DNA of 64,000 nucleotides from Haplodiscus bocki. Taxonomy: Eukaryota. Where the stretch lies: assembly GCA_965655095.1 (NCBI GenBank), contig OZ296649.1, forward strand, positions 104,036,001 through 104,100,000, read 5' to 3'. The notes beneath the pieces were generated by a model that saw only the letters and a program-made list of their open reading frames with translations, ran no database searches and was not told where the DNA came from. The translations under genes were made by a program, and so were the position numbers. Positions 50,830-64,000 of this stretch are shown piece by piece. Within the stretch, counting starts at the first letter, position 1; every line of letters starts with the position of its first letter.

Positions 50830-51285
50830 TAAAACTTCAAATGCTGCATTGGCAAGTTACCAAGCAAATTTATTTTGTGCTCTGCACAATGAAAAGGAAT
50901 CATGTGTCGGATTGGGTAACTCAAGCAAATCCATGTTTTTTTACCTGTCTCAGGATCAGCAATATCTCGAATTTTGGGGCAGCTATGATCATCCTGGTTT
51001 TCAAACCCTTTATCATATAACTTGCCGAGAAAACTGCCTTTTTCTGTCCCTCTGGCAAAATATTTTCCGTCTACGTCTTCAGAGAGAATGTTGGGAAATT
51101 CACTGTAACCCAGACATCTAATGTTTCATACAATCTTTTTCCAGTTATTTTTACAGGAGAATGCTCGTTTTGTTGGTTTGTGTTTATTTGCAGGACAAAA
51201 TTTTTATCCTTGAACAATCCGATAAATAAAAACAACCAACTCTTCTAAAGCGTCTATACCCGCAACCTCAAAACCTAAAACCATG
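50830..51285 (-). pseudogene. Decayed Polinton accessory ORF (possible DEDD-exonuclease-like fold)
   Basis: MVLGFEVAGIDALEELVVF..YFARGTEK..ENQDDHSCPK..HCAEHK resembles a common Polinton accessory ORF from memory. The fold is inference. Confidence 0.45.
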
Positions 51286-52288
51286 CCAGACTTACAGTTA
51301 CCAAAACCGACAAAAATGAAAATGGGCGGCCAAAAGAAGTTTACGTGAAGGCAACTGAGTAGTCCAGTCACGTCACCAAGCACACAAGCATTTGGTCCAC
51401 ATCCTTTTATGTAACAAAAGCCAGGGTTTTCACAACTTTTTGGCTGCACTGTTCCAGCAGCATCATGTGGTTTTGCATGTTGGCCTAATCTTCCGAAGCG
51501 AGGAAAACTGAATTCCAAGTATGAGACCCCATAATGAAGGGTTCCACGAAAATTAACTTTTTGGTGCATCTCACCTAAACAAGGTCAGGAAAGTCTATCA
51601 TCCCAACAACCACACGCAATCGGAAAAAAAGGCTTTGGAACACCCTTTTGATCAAATGACAATTTTACTCCCGAGCAGTATCAGAAAAAGCTCCCTAGAA
51701 AAAACATAAGTTTTTGAAGAAATTTGTTATTTTCATGAACAGGTGCTCAATGCAGTACAATGCGCCGCTCGAAAAATATTCAACTTTAACTAATTAAAGA
51801 ATTGTGTTGCAAAGAGCGTCTGATATTCTACCTTTTTCAGATCACCTTCATTAACTTCGAGGTACATATTGTTTAGGTATCGGTACAACACATTTTCAAA
51901 CTAGTCTGTATCAGTCTTGAAGTGGACACGTTTCTTCCTCCTCCAATTTGTATTGTCCATTCTAACGAAGCATTCTCTTTTTCGGGGTTCTTCAGGATCA
52001 TCCTCCTAAAAATGCGGTAACTGATTCATTTCAATTACAAGTGATGTAGGTTCTTCGAAAGAAGATTTTGGAGCTGTGAGTACAACATGATAACGTCCCA
52101 TTTTTGGTTTTAGCTCTAGAAGCAGGTTTTTGATATCTACTGTGTTCCAACTCATCCTGACTCAAAAAACAATTGACAACAAACAAATGCTTGCAACTTT
52201 ATTTCAAAGGAGACCACAATTGCCTTTTTAGTAAAAAAAACTTCTCACATACAGAATTCCTTAGATCAAAAAGTTAGAAAGATTGATG

Positions 52289-52488
52289 NNNNNNNNNNNN
52301 NNNNNNNNNNNNNNNNNNNNNNNNNNNNNNNNNNNNNNNNNNNNNNNNNNNNNNNNNNNNNNNNNNNNNNNNNNNNNNNNNNNNNNNNNNNNNNNNNNNN
52401 NNNNNNNNNNNNNNNNNNNNNNNNNNNNNNNNNNNNNNNNNNNNNNNNNNNNNNNNNNNNNNNNNNNNNNNNNNNNNNNNNNNNNNNN
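52289..52488. other. Assembly gap (200 N)
   Basis: Run of N. Confidence 1.
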
Positions 52489-53098
52489 ATCTCAAGTAGT
52501 TGCTGAATACTCTCCATTGTTTTTTCAGACAGAGGTTTCCACTATTTCGTAGTTGGCAGGTTGTGGGATTGGTCGTTGTTTCTGGGTTCGACGATTCTGG
52601 AATCCTCTATGAATATGATCAGATCTGTGATACACTCTCTGCCGTAAATGGCAGGGTTCAAGTGGTCGGCTTTTTCCGTACGCGGTGTCTCGCACATTCG
52701 GAAAGGTAATGTGGGAAAGTTTGCTCTTTTGCGTTTGGGATTTGTTGAGGCCTCAGCTGCAATTGTAGACGTGATTTGCAAGGCTCTGACACCTATCGAG
52801 TAGTAGGCTGCGCATTGATTTCTGTACATTTGAGGAGCAGGACTGAGGCAAAGCTATAGGTTTCAGTTTAGCTTTTTGGATTGGTACGGGTTTTGAACTA
52901 GTCTGCTCAGAACTTCATAGTGTTGTCCAATTTTCGCTCAACAATTACTATTAAATCTGCACGGTTGTACTTTCTACCGCCAAAGCTATGCAATCGGTAT
53001 TTCAATATTACCGGCAGTCACACTGGTCATGTTGGCAGCTATCGAATTACACGAACATTTGTGAGATCTGTTTGCAAGCTCATTTTTAAGGTTGAAGT

Positions 53099-53303
53099 AT
53101 GAACATCGATGACGTGTTGCTGCTTGTGGAGCAATTGTACTCAGTCAATTCTAGCAAAACTATACAAGAAGATGCTGACCGGAAGCTGCAAAATTTTCAA
53201 TCGTTATCAGATGCTTGGAATGTATCTCTCGAAATCCTTAATAGAGCACCATCGTCAGAGGCTGTTTATTTCGCAGCTAATACGCTGAGAACGAAAATCC
53301 AAA
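53099..53303 (+). CDS. First coding exon of an importin-beta family karyopherin (transportin-3/importin-13-like, IBN_N domain)
   Basis: MNIDDVLLLVEQLY..ADRKLQNFQSLSDAWNVSLEIL..VYFAANTLRTKIQ, followed by donor A|GTTAGT at 53303/53304. No further exon was recognised in the window. Confidence 0.82.
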
Positions 53304-54628
53304 GTTAGTTGCTGTAGTAACTTGCTTTTCGCGAAAAATTTTCAATACGAATCCTCATAGGAACGTATAATTTTTTTTCTTAAGAGCGCCGAAGTAAATT
53401 CATACATCGACGACGCTAGAAAGCGACAAGCACAACAATATGCTCTTCTTCGTGATACTTTTGCTCATCTTATTCTCACAGTGTATAGAAACTACTTTCA
53501 GTTTTTCTAGATTGTACTGTAGTGTGCAAACTTGTTGAAAGTTAATTTGTAGTAATGAATATAACTCAGGATTATGAATTATTTTTAGTTTTTTCCTGGA
53601 AAATATGCTTTCGGAGTTACTCTGTTCCATAAATATTACTTAAAAAATGTTTATAATACCGAAAAGGCACCATGAGCGAGAGCACTAGCAGTTTGCTTAA
53701 GATCTGTTAGGAAGATTCAATTCCATTTCAAATGCTACTCAAGAAAGGATACAATCTGTTTAGATCACTCCTCAATCGACAACATAAAACTTGCATCTCA
53801 AAGAACCGTAAACGGAATCCTGTTTGATAATTTGTATTTTGCGCAAGGTGAACAAGGCACGATTTTGGGAGCTTTACTAATTAATTTAAGTATCAGCGAT
53901 ATCCATCACCCAATTTTCAATTGACATAAACTTGGAACATCGTTGAACAGTCTTGAAAATTAATTTCAAGCAAATTTCTCAACTTGGAATGCAAAGACAA
54001 AAAAAATGTCAAATTTCAAGAGAAAACTTGAAAATCAGTTACCGTTACTCAATTCCATTTTTTTTAAAAAGATGAATTTAAATATTTTGGTGTTCTTTTA
54101 GGAATTGAGTAAAGGGCTATTGCTTTCGCCTTTTTTCTTTGGCCACAAGCGTAATTACTGCGATAAAGGATGAAGAAAGGAGGAAGCAGAAATTAGTCTA
54201 TCTGAAATTGAAAATTTCAAGTCTATCTAAAATTGTAAATGTCATCTAAGCTGTAACAGCTGTATAAAAAAATTTTCCTAGACTTTACCCCGGCCTTGAT
54301 CCGTCCAGATTGTTTGATAAATGACGGACTGTATATTTTACTCCTTTGAAATAGCTTCTACTTGGGCTATCTCCAAAATAGCCGTTTTCCTCCATTTCAA
54401 TCCTCACTATGAGCTCCCAGCAATTCTGATTTCAAATCTCTCTGATTGCAACTTTGCCGATCAATGTATCTATCAAGCATCAGGAAACCAACCGGTGCAT
54501 GAATTCAAGCAAGATGATATTGAGGCGATAACACATCGGAAAAATATGCAAAGAAATATAACAAAGTTAATATATCTACGTGAAGCTCCAAATAAAATAA
54601 ATAGCGCAATCATGCAGGGGTCCGAGTG

Positions 54629-54909
54629 TTTCAAAAGTCTTTCTAGAACGTTTTAACGGCTGTCTAAAGTCTATTATTCTTAAAGTCTACTACAAAAACA
54701 TGTAACCAATCAATATAAGCAAAAGTAAAGATGGGTTTGTTTTTCTCAGAGCAAATCTACTTCACGACCTATCTTTACTTTTGCTTATATTGATTGGTTA
54801 CATGTTTTTGTTGTAGACTTTAAGAATAATAGACTTTAGACAGCAGTTAAAACGTTCTAGAAGGACTTTTGAAAGCGTGAAGTAGATATGCTCTGAGAAA
54901 AACAAACCC
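54629..54909. repeat. Interleaved inverted repeats A-B-A'-B'
   Basis: A 54629-54736 pairs with A' 54767-54874 (few mismatches). B 54733-54766 pairs with B' 54876-54909. Confidence 0.93.
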
Positions 54910-55199
54910 GACTTTGGGCCAGATCAAAATATAAAGTAACTCCGATTTGGCTGAAAGTTGGTATGTAAGTTGTCCACAACAAATGAAGGTGAGGTGCTAC
55001 ACAATTGGGTTCATTAGGTTACCTGACCTTGACATACTACTGTTCCGAAGGCTGACCGGACTAACACGAAAGCGTGGTTGTCCAAAAGCTTAAAACTGCC
55101 TTCAATTTTATTTTATAGCGTTGAATTGCAGCCTGCACCAATTTTTTCTCGATAGACCTCAATACTGCACTGAGCACGACCATGAACTGAGTCAATTCA

Positions 55200-58100
55200 G
55201 TATTATTGCTCTTCGATAGCGAGAACGCCGGCTCTGTTTCCTCTCCCCGTAAAATGATCGCCGCCGATTACCAATCTCAGGGGTTTCTTGGCAATACTTC
55301 AAGTAATCTCGGTGGCCGATTTGCGATTGCCATCAACAATCTGGTGACGCTACAAAACTCTCCAATACGGTAGTTACCGGATGATATTGCTTGTCAGACA
55401 TCCAAACCAGATTTTTGACTACCATGCCACAAATCTCATTGGTGACCCTTTTCTAGCTGTCCAATATTCAGATGTTCCTTCGTCCACTTTTCCGATATCT
55501 TCTTTTTGAAGTCGGTGTTCACCATGAAGGTTCGTGTAGCTCCTGATCCGCCACTGATTACAACATTTGGGTAGTCAAGTCCCAATAAGAAACGATGCGC
55601 AGTTTGCGTTTCCACGTCTTGCACATCAACGCTAGATGATGTCAGTGGTCTGCTGTTCGAATATTCAAAAAACTCGCCAACCTGTTCTTTCGGCGACTGA
55701 GACCAAGGAAATTCCACATGGCCTTCTTGCGTCTTCTGGCAAGGCGTTGCCGGTTTCGTCCAAAATGCTGGGCACCTGGAGTTTTGAACAAGAACTTAGT
55801 ACCCATTTTAGCCACCTACTCCGTTATTTAAGTTCCATACAGTGCCTCAATTTTTTTTCGAATTTATGGAATCGCTCTGACAAAATTAGTCCCATTGCCA
55901 AACAGGATAGATGTCGCGTAAACTCGCCATGCCACAAAACGATAAATAGCATTCAGGCATCCTTGAATCCAGTGAAGACAATTTTCACGGGAACGGCCCT
56001 GTTACTAAACATGTAAACAGACATACTGTTCTTTACTGATTTTCCAAACTTTCATTTGACAATGTCCAAAGTACACCTTTCCGTCTCCTCTACTCTCGGG
56101 GAGATTTCCAATCTGCGGTTGCATGGCTAGGCATATCTTCCTGCACTGGATACATTCATGCTTCACAGACCGGGACGCGTTTTGTAACCAAGTCCTGAAA
56201 TTGTTGAATGATGCTTTGAAGATAATCAACACCCTCGTGGTGCCCCATCTTGTGCATTTACTAAAAATCGCGTTTCACTGGTGTTTTGGTCGGTTAGTAT
56301 AATTTGATGTTTTGTTTGGAACTCTGAATCAGCCTTTCGTAGTCTGCCTTTGGCTAGTAAGACCGTGTGACTGTCAACCACTGTTAGTAGTCCTGCCAGC
56401 TTACTTTTGTTGACCATCATTGTTTCCATCAAAGTTGACAGTTTCTGTTCAAATGATTCCTGCAGCATTAAGGACCAAATTTTAAATTCAGCAAACTAGC
56501 AATTCAGCTGGAGACCAAGCTGGGTATTTTGATAACACCTTTGTAATATGCATTCCCTTGAGTCTGATTTTATTGCTGTGGGAAAACCGTTGCCAATCAA
56601 CCAAGGGAGTACTGGTTGTACCTATGAGCACTACTTCCTGCACGTTGGTGTCCAGTTTTTAGTAATTATGTGGAACCTTTTCGTTAGCATCTTTGGCGTA
56701 TCAATAATCCAATCTGCCATTATCAACCATTCTGGTCCATACAGCCAGTCTCTTACTGTGAGCTCTTTCGAGCTCAAACCACAAGTTCTCTAATCTTCGT
56801 TGATTTTGGCCGTCTTATTGTCCCCAACAGTCCACTATTGTTGAGATCACTTTCTCAGCGACCCTGTTTGCTACAAACACTGGTTGCTTCTTAATGTTTC
56901 GAATCAAGTGAAGAAGTGTTGTAGAGTCTTTGCACCTGTTTATTCCATCCAACTGTCATGTTCTTTGACCAACCTCTGTTGTAATCGTTTCGCTCTCACA
57001 GTAGTCATTATGCGCAAATGGAGTTTTCTTCAGCGTCTCCAAAAAAATTCTGTTTTGCCGTTCTCTATCATTTTATACCAGCCATCCACACATATTGGTT
57101 CGTCTTGCGATGTCAACTTGAAGATGACTTGTTTGGAGACCTATCACCTTATCCCATTGTTGCCCATGGACTGCATCTTCATTTGACGCCCATTTGGCTA
57201 ACTTAAAGCTACTTTTTAAGTACAAGCTGCTCTAGCTGGTCCGAGAAAGCCCTTGATTTCTCGGTATTTCCTACTGACACCATCAAATCATCCATGCAAA
57301 AACTTGGACCACGTTACTTGAAGCCTTTGCAACCTTGTTGCACAGCTTATTTTGCTCAAGTAGGTGAAGACTGCTACAAGGATACGCCTGTTGTACTGCA
57401 TCACTTGTTTTTGTCCTTTTGATTTACTCAAATTAAATTGCAGATAGTCTCTCCATCTTTTTGAAATTCAACGTGGCGAATGATTTAAATATCAGCTAAT
57501 AGCAGAACTGTTTTCCCTCGGAATCTGATGATAATTGTTCCGAAATTTCCCCAGGCGATCTGGACCAATCAATACTTCGCTGGAAGAAATTGCGAGAAAA
57601 ATTGTCGGCATCGATACAGAGCCTAATAACTTCCTCAGGCTTGTTCGGATGGACATCGAATTCATGTGGTAGATACCAGCACCCTTTTCCAATTATCTCG
57701 TGGCTTGTCATTCAAAACATAGCCCTTCTTTAGGTCTTTTGCAACGAACCCCGAATAGCGCTGCTTCATTTTTTTGTCATAATCATTCTGGTTTCCAATG
57801 TCTTAATTGACTTAGAGCTGTCGAAAAACTTGTAATTTGTTCTGCTGTCAATTCCAAAGTGTTTGACTGTTTTTTTAGATGATAGAATACTTTTTTGAAT
57901 CTATGCTTCTGTTATCGACAGGGAGAACAGTTCCATGGGACTCCAAATCCCACCATTGTGTCACAGTCACAGCCTGCTCGTTACTTTGTGAGTTGCAGTT
58001 ACCTTCCTGTAGCAGGTAGCGGTCAACCGTGTGTTCAGACTAGCGGCAATTTAGATGCCCATGGTGTTCGACACCACCGTTCTTAAGGGAAGGTCACCTG

Positions 58101-59330
58101 AAAGTCGCCTTGTCCCATGCTAACTGTGAAATCTGTGAGACGAACTTCGTTTGCTGTTTTCAAGAAAGTTACCCATACTTCATTTTCAAGGGCTTCAAGC
58201 CATACTCTTCTGTTCCAAATGCCAGATTTCATGACTCGACCAAGAGGTTACTTAATGCTGGCGCGGGCCCAAGTGTAACTTTGGTATTCTGAATTGGCGG
58301 AAATCCATGAATACCGGCAACATAGGTTGTCTTTTCCCGCTGTCCAGGTGACGTTCCTCCATTAGTTCTTCCTCATTTCATGTCTACGTTGTGCCAGTAT
58401 CGAATAAGGGCACGATGGCTTCATGAATTTCAGTTTTTCCATGAACACTGATTCGTAGAATCTGCAAGGCACCCCTGACATTTTACTGAAAGTTTTCAGA
58501 TTGATCTCCTCTTTTGAGGAGACCTGATTTTGAGGTCTGCCTGATTTGGAGGTTCAGTATTCTGCAGCAGCCGGTTGTGAGCCTTCTCGCAACTGATACG
58601 TTTCATTTCATGGTTTCGCACTTTTAGCTTGATCACTGCCATTGAGAGTTGACAAACTCAGCCTATGATTTTTTGGCGCACTTGTGGCGACCATCAGTCG
58701 ACGACGTTTCATTGAATGCATCACATTGCCAAATTCGCTGGTTAACATTTTGCAAAGGACATTGTTTGTTTCTTTCCTGGCACCACATTCGTAAAGTTAC
58801 TGCTACAGTCCCATTAGACTTCCTTGTATCGAACTTTGACGATATCATGCTGCTCAGTAATCGTTTATGCACAATCACCTGTTCTGGCAGCCAGTTTTTC
58901 AAATTCATGAAATTCTGTAAATTTGAGCGATTTTGGGGTCTCTGAAGATTTCTTAACCATTTCTGTCTAACGTCAAGCAGCTGTTTCCCAGAACATATTT
59001 CCAAGCTGCTCGATGGGAACAAGTGATCGCTGTAAGCAAACTGTTGAAAAAGGCCCGCGGTAGTCGAAATGGTATCAGTGGGCTCCAGTGAACTTCTTGA
59101 ATCCTGATATGATTTTACTCTGAACAATTGTGCTGATATGATTGGATTGGGTCGGTCAAGCTCCTTTTCAAGGGGACCACAAGCGTCACTACATAGTTCC
59201 AGAAAATCCTAGCTTTTAACTGCTCTTTGCTGCTGCAGTAACTCATTTTATTGTCGTTGGTGAGCGGGCTGCTCCCAACTGTGGAAAAGGACATTACACT
59301 ACCCAAATTTTTGACCTTCGATTTTTCAAC
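55200..59330 (-). mobile_element. Decayed BEL/Pao LTR retrotransposon internal region (gag-PR-RT-RH-IN)
   Basis: Gag CPL..IWQCDAF (track 58663..59127), protease-like LFDTG (~58405), RT WYLPH..HPNKP (57496..57711), GRLRKA..KHQIIL (56226..56468), CIQCRK..PQIGNLPESR, HRFLLG..WTKEHL. No LTRs found. Confidence 0.82.
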
Positions 59331-61339
59331 GAAAATTACTGATCAAAAGTGCCGAAAAAACATTGATGATTGACTACGATTGATATTGAAGAAGGTAGTT
59401 CTCATTGACCTACAATTCGATTTTTCACTTGATTGCTAAATCAGAAGGCAAATTCTTCGCGGAAAGATCTGTTGGAATGAATTTCAGCCCCGCAAGTTCG
59501 TTTTAACTATAATGTTCAAATTTTGAAAGACTGAGGTAATTGAAACAAACCGGTTTTCAAAATCGTTTTCTCTGCTGTTAGCAATCTGATTTCTCTTCAT
59601 TGATATCTTGATCAAACCTTCACCATATCTGGGAAAGTCTCACTGAACACCACATTTGGGACGTCGTGTTTCTCTTGTGAAAAAACTGATCAGGTGTTCG
59701 GAAAATAAAACAGACACGGGTATCCTCGGACAGCTTTATCGAAAGGTGAAATATTTCAGAAAATGATCTCTCAGAAGTAATTTGGAACTGCATTTTCTTC
59801 TGACCCAAAGGAGGAACGTGTATTGAAAGCGGCCTAACCTTGGTTTATATCATGTTCAAAAAATGCGTTTTTTGACGTCAACAGAAAGTCTAGTCAACTA
59901 GTGTGAACGGTCAAAAACGGCTTCTTTTGAGACATTCGGCAGGTTTTTTTCCTTTTTCTCTTGTTCCCAAAAGTACAATATTTTCAAGTATTGGGCTGGA
60001 AAATGATCAGCGTCCAAAAATGTTTTGAACGTGAAACATCTTGGTTACTAAATGTTTCATTTGTGCGTTGTACGTTGTGCTCATGTCCTGAATACTGGGG
60101 CTGCAAAATGGTTTAAACTGAGAAGAAACGATTGGCAGATGAACTCGTCGAATCTGGGACCCTGTGATAGCTACTTTTCTCAGTCCCACTTCTTTGGACA
60201 ATCATTTGACTGACAGCTGGTGTAGTTTTTGCTTAGATATCGTGTCAATCACATATGCGCTCATGGTTTCGAATAACTTTCAAGATCGTTGATCTCAACT
60301 AAGAAGTCACAATGTGTTGCGAATTTTATGTCACCCCTGTCAATTACGTTAAAACATGGTTGTTTATGATCGCCATTAATTGTTCTTAATAGCGATAGAT
60401 AATGGAAATTGTTTTCCTGAATCTCTACTACTTTTGTTCATCAGAACCTAATGGTGGAAATGTAGTTTTATTCTGAAATGGTACGTCTAGCTTATCGGAA
60501 TCAGTTGAACTTTTAATGCTTTGATATTCAAGTCCCGAAGTGGCCTCTTTTAAAAAAAACTTTTAGCTGGGTACAAAATGTTTTGGCAGGTACTTCTTTT
60601 TTCGCTTTTTGAAATCTGCAAATTTTTTGAGCATTGGTCTGGAAAATGAACAACAATGTTGCAAAAGCTAATGTTCCACATGACAATGTTTTGAATATGA
60701 GACAGTGTGAGCAGTGTATTAGTTGTCCCCCAAAAAACGTCACCTGTAAGAATTTCGAGCTCTCAAAATGGTTAATAATGGTAAACGAGGCATGAGAGCT
60801 GTCAAGTCGGCGCATGCAGCGTGTCAATCATCAATCAAAATTCACACCACTGAATTTCAAATAGTGAAAATTGCCGCGTTAGTGTCATATTATGAAAGTT
60901 GTTTACACTTGTTTGTTCAAAATTATGTATTTTTTTCATGTTCCAACCAAGACTCAGAAGTCTTCATGATTGACAAGTGAGATGAGAAATTTTTGAAGCA
61001 GTTTCGACGTTTTGTTGACTAATAAAAGCAATTTTTAGAGCTACAATTTTTCACATGTAACGTTTTAATGGGACACCTAGTACTGTTCTTTTTGGGTTGT
61101 TTAAGTAAATTTTTTGAAAATTGGGCTGCAAGTTGTTGAACCTTGAAATACATGATTGACAGATCAAGTTTATGACTATTAGACACTGTGGCGAGTACTG
61201 GTCTCATTTGGACTCTTGAGCCGGTAGCTTTGAGAATTGAGTTTGAAAGTCGACAAAATAATGTTAATTGGACTTTTGGGCCTGTCAAGAACCCCCTCTG
61301 AGGAACAAGATCAAAAGTTGTTCAATTCAAAAGTCATCT

Positions 61340-63230
61340 AATAGTATAACAGCGTCAATTAAGACGTTGGTGGAGGAATTCAGAGCTGTAGTTTTCTAGA
61401 AGGATGTCGTGGAGTATGTCTATACTAATTGCACTTTTGTCCTATCAGGTTTCCTTTTTTTGCAGGAGACAAATGTGATTTTCAGAAACGAATAGTGCTC
61501 CTCAAGTAGAAGGCTTTAGTTCGACTTGACAAGGAGGCCTTCGACTGACACCTTGATAAAAAAAACTGAAGCAAAAAACTGAAGAATTATGAGTTTGATT
61601 GAGGTATGTCAACAGGAATAGCTTTTTCTGGCATTTTTGGTCCATCAAAACTCCACTGCATGCAATAAAATTAATGGTATAATCAGCGAATATTCTGCCA
61701 GAAGTATAAATTTTTCAATTCAGACCTTTAGGCAAAAAATCATGGCAATAGTTTTGGAGAAATATACTTTTATCAAATAAAATGTCGCATTTAATAGCTT
61801 TTCTTGGCATTTTCGAGGCACCAAAAATCTAACGCAATGAAGAAAATCCTTCATATACCTCTCCAGAATTCTCTACAAATGAAATGCTGCCAATTAAGAT
61901 CTTGTTGAAAGAAATCTATCTTGTAGTTGAGAAATACGAGGTTGGAAATGGAGATGAAGCAAATTTAAGAACCTTACTGGGCGTTTTCAGACGATTAGGA
62001 TTCCCACGAACGGAACCGTTCCAATTGTTTTTCGATCGAACAATCCTGGACAAATAAAACGCTTTCGATTGAGACCTTGGAAGAAATCAAGCCTGTAGTT
62101 ATAGAGAAGTGAGAGTTTGATGTTTGAGATTTGTCATTACTGATGTCACATTTTCGCATGAGGTCTGTTAGAATTCCGCTGCAAGGAACAACAACATTGA
62201 CTTTTAAATCGAATACTGCTCTCAAAGAATAGAAAAATAGCGCTTACGGGTGAGACCCTTTGAAAAAAAAACAAAGCTCTTACGGAGAAATATGAGTTAA
62301 AATACCGAGATGAGTCGGTATTGACATTTTACTGGATTTTTCGGACTCTCAGGGTTCTGGCTCATAGAACAAAGCCAATCATTCTTCAATAGAGTTGGCC
62401 ATCAAAAGTTTAAAACTTCAAATTGAGACTTTTAAGCAAGATATTTCGTGAATAGATATGTGGAAATATGGGTTTGAATTTCGAAGTAATGTCGATACTG
62501 ATAGCGTTCGTTGGATTTTTCGAGCTGTCAAAAATCTGATGCAAGGAAGAAATTCGTAGATCTTTCTAAGTACATTTTCTTAACACGTGAATTTCCGTGG
62601 ATTGAGAATTTCCTCGATGAAATCGATTTTCTAGTTATTCGGAAATACGAGTCTGAAAATCGACATAATTCAGAAATAAAACCTTCCCAGGCGTTTTGGA
62701 CTTTTTGATTCCGACGAAGGGAAGAGATTCGATAGTTTCTCTATTGGGTACTGCCCTATGAATAGAATCCTTTCAATTGAGATCTTGATGGAGGAAGTCA
62801 AGCATGTTGTTATCAAGAATAGAGATTTTGATAATTGGGCTTTGTCAAAACGACTGGTGTTTTTTTCGAATTTACGGTCCATGAGGATTCCAATGCAACG
62901 AACAAAGTCAGTGCCTTTGCTGTCGATTTCACTTTTAATCGTATGAAACTTTCAATTGAGACCTCTGTCGAAGAAATCAAGGCTGCATGTTTGGACAAAT
63001 ATAAGTTTGAATTTCAAGATAAATCTTAAACTATTAGCAGTTTATGGATTTTTAAGACTATCAGGATTCTTTTCTCAAGTATCAAAGTCGAATATTTTTT
63101 AGTCACCGGAAGTAGAAAGCTTCCGATTGAGACGTAGATTAAAGATTTTATACCTGTTTTCATGCACAAAAGTGATTTCGAATATCAAGGAAGCTCAATA
63201 CTAATTGGGCCTTTTGGCATTCCCTCAATG
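61340..63230 (+). repeat. Decayed ~177-bp (~59-codon) tandem repeat, ~11 units
   Basis: xxxATTGAGAC-like anchors at 61355, 61541, 61715, 61890, 62065, 62246, 62419, 62598, 62773, 62952 and 63123. Peptide consensus L(S/P)IETLxEEIKxVVxxKY(E)F. Confidence 0.72.
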
Positions 63231-64000
63231 TCGAGATAACAACGATATGCTGCTGTAGATCGTTTTTCGAAGAAAGTTGGTATATTTTGGCCCTGTAAAA
63301 ACTAGGTCAGTGAAAAAAATGATACTAACAGTCTGAAAACAAAGTTTCAATCACTTACAATTACAAATAAGTTTTTTAACAGATTTATGGACTTTTTTTC
63401 GGTGTATTATGAAAATTGGTTTATGTTTCATAAATTTTAGAAAAATTTTCAGAATTATCATTTCGTTTCTTTTACATCGGAACACGAATAAGTTCTGCGA
63501 AAAAAAGCGTACATATCAAAAAACCCTAATTTTTGGCGGAAAAAACCTGTTTTTTGGCTATTAGAAAAATAGTATGTAAACGGGTATCTAAAAGTATGTT
63601 AAAAGTATGATCGATGGATGGATTTGAACCCGCCTCCTATGGGCTGCGTAATGGCGGTGCCACCCCACACATGTATAATGCAAGCCGCCAGCGATTCCGC
63701 GCGTCATGGGCTATTTCAGGAAAAGAAAAACTCCGACTACTGAATTGAATAATTTCGTTTCGAAATATTTTTTCGACGGAAAATAACAGAACTCTTGACA
63801 TGCAACGCTTTTGTTAGTATGGGTGGGTATTGGTAGTGTAGCGTTTTTTAATTTTAACCTTAATAAGACCCATTATCAATCTCCTTATCGGAATCTCTAC
63901 GTTAGTCATGGGAGTATTTTAGGCAATTTTGACGTTCGCGATGTTAGACGGTAATTACTTTTCTGGGCTATAAAGATTTAGTATACACATAAGGTCACTG

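Larger units (their letters stand above)
39000..52288 (-). mobile_element. Decayed autonomous-type Polinton/Maverick (endogenous adintovirus-like) remnant, interrupted by a LINE; boundaries approximate
   Basis: Collinear minus-strand remnants of ATPase, integrase, penton, core protein, major capsid and adenain protease (45300-50468), flanked by further decayed ORFs. Truncated by the N gap. The left boundary is not defined. Confidence 0.82.

Noticed and set aside
52266-52552. ORFs spanning the N run
   Set aside because: Artefacts of the gap.
63610-63670. tRNA gene (B-box-like GGGTTCAAATCC on the minus strand)
   Set aside because: No cloverleaf could be folded. At most a decayed SINE-like fragment; the same holds for GTTCGAACC near 39029.

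Overview
AT-rich eukaryotic (invertebrate-like) DNA dominated by mobile elements, with a 200-N scaffold gap at 52289-52488. Positions 1-31268 form one compound structure. A spacerless fold-back (arms up to ~7.1 kb, turn point 24120/24121) ends in Polinton/Maverick-type termini: (A/G)GTAGTAAGAG on the left and CTCTTACTACT on the right, each flanked by the same 6-bp direct repeat TACTAG. No Polinton core gene is recognisable inside it. Its left end plus upstream flank is tandemly amplified as a ~7.87-kb unit (two full copies plus one deleted copy). Next come a six-exon MINDY3 deubiquitinase gene (minus) and an intronless conserved uncharacterised gene (minus). A heavily decayed autonomous-type Polinton follows on the minus strand (~39000-52288), with packaging ATPase, integrase, penton, core protein, major capsid and adenain protease remnants; no pPolB was seen. 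A young CR1/L2-group LINE is inserted into it, with ORF1 and ORF2 in frame across a single TGA-CTA. After the gap lie the first exon of an importin-beta (TNPO3/IPO13-like) gene, an interleaved A-B-A'-B' inverted repeat, a decayed BEL/Pao retrotransposon and a decayed ~177-bp coding-like repeat array. Family calls for decayed ORFs come from motifs read by eye across frameshifts, without database searches.
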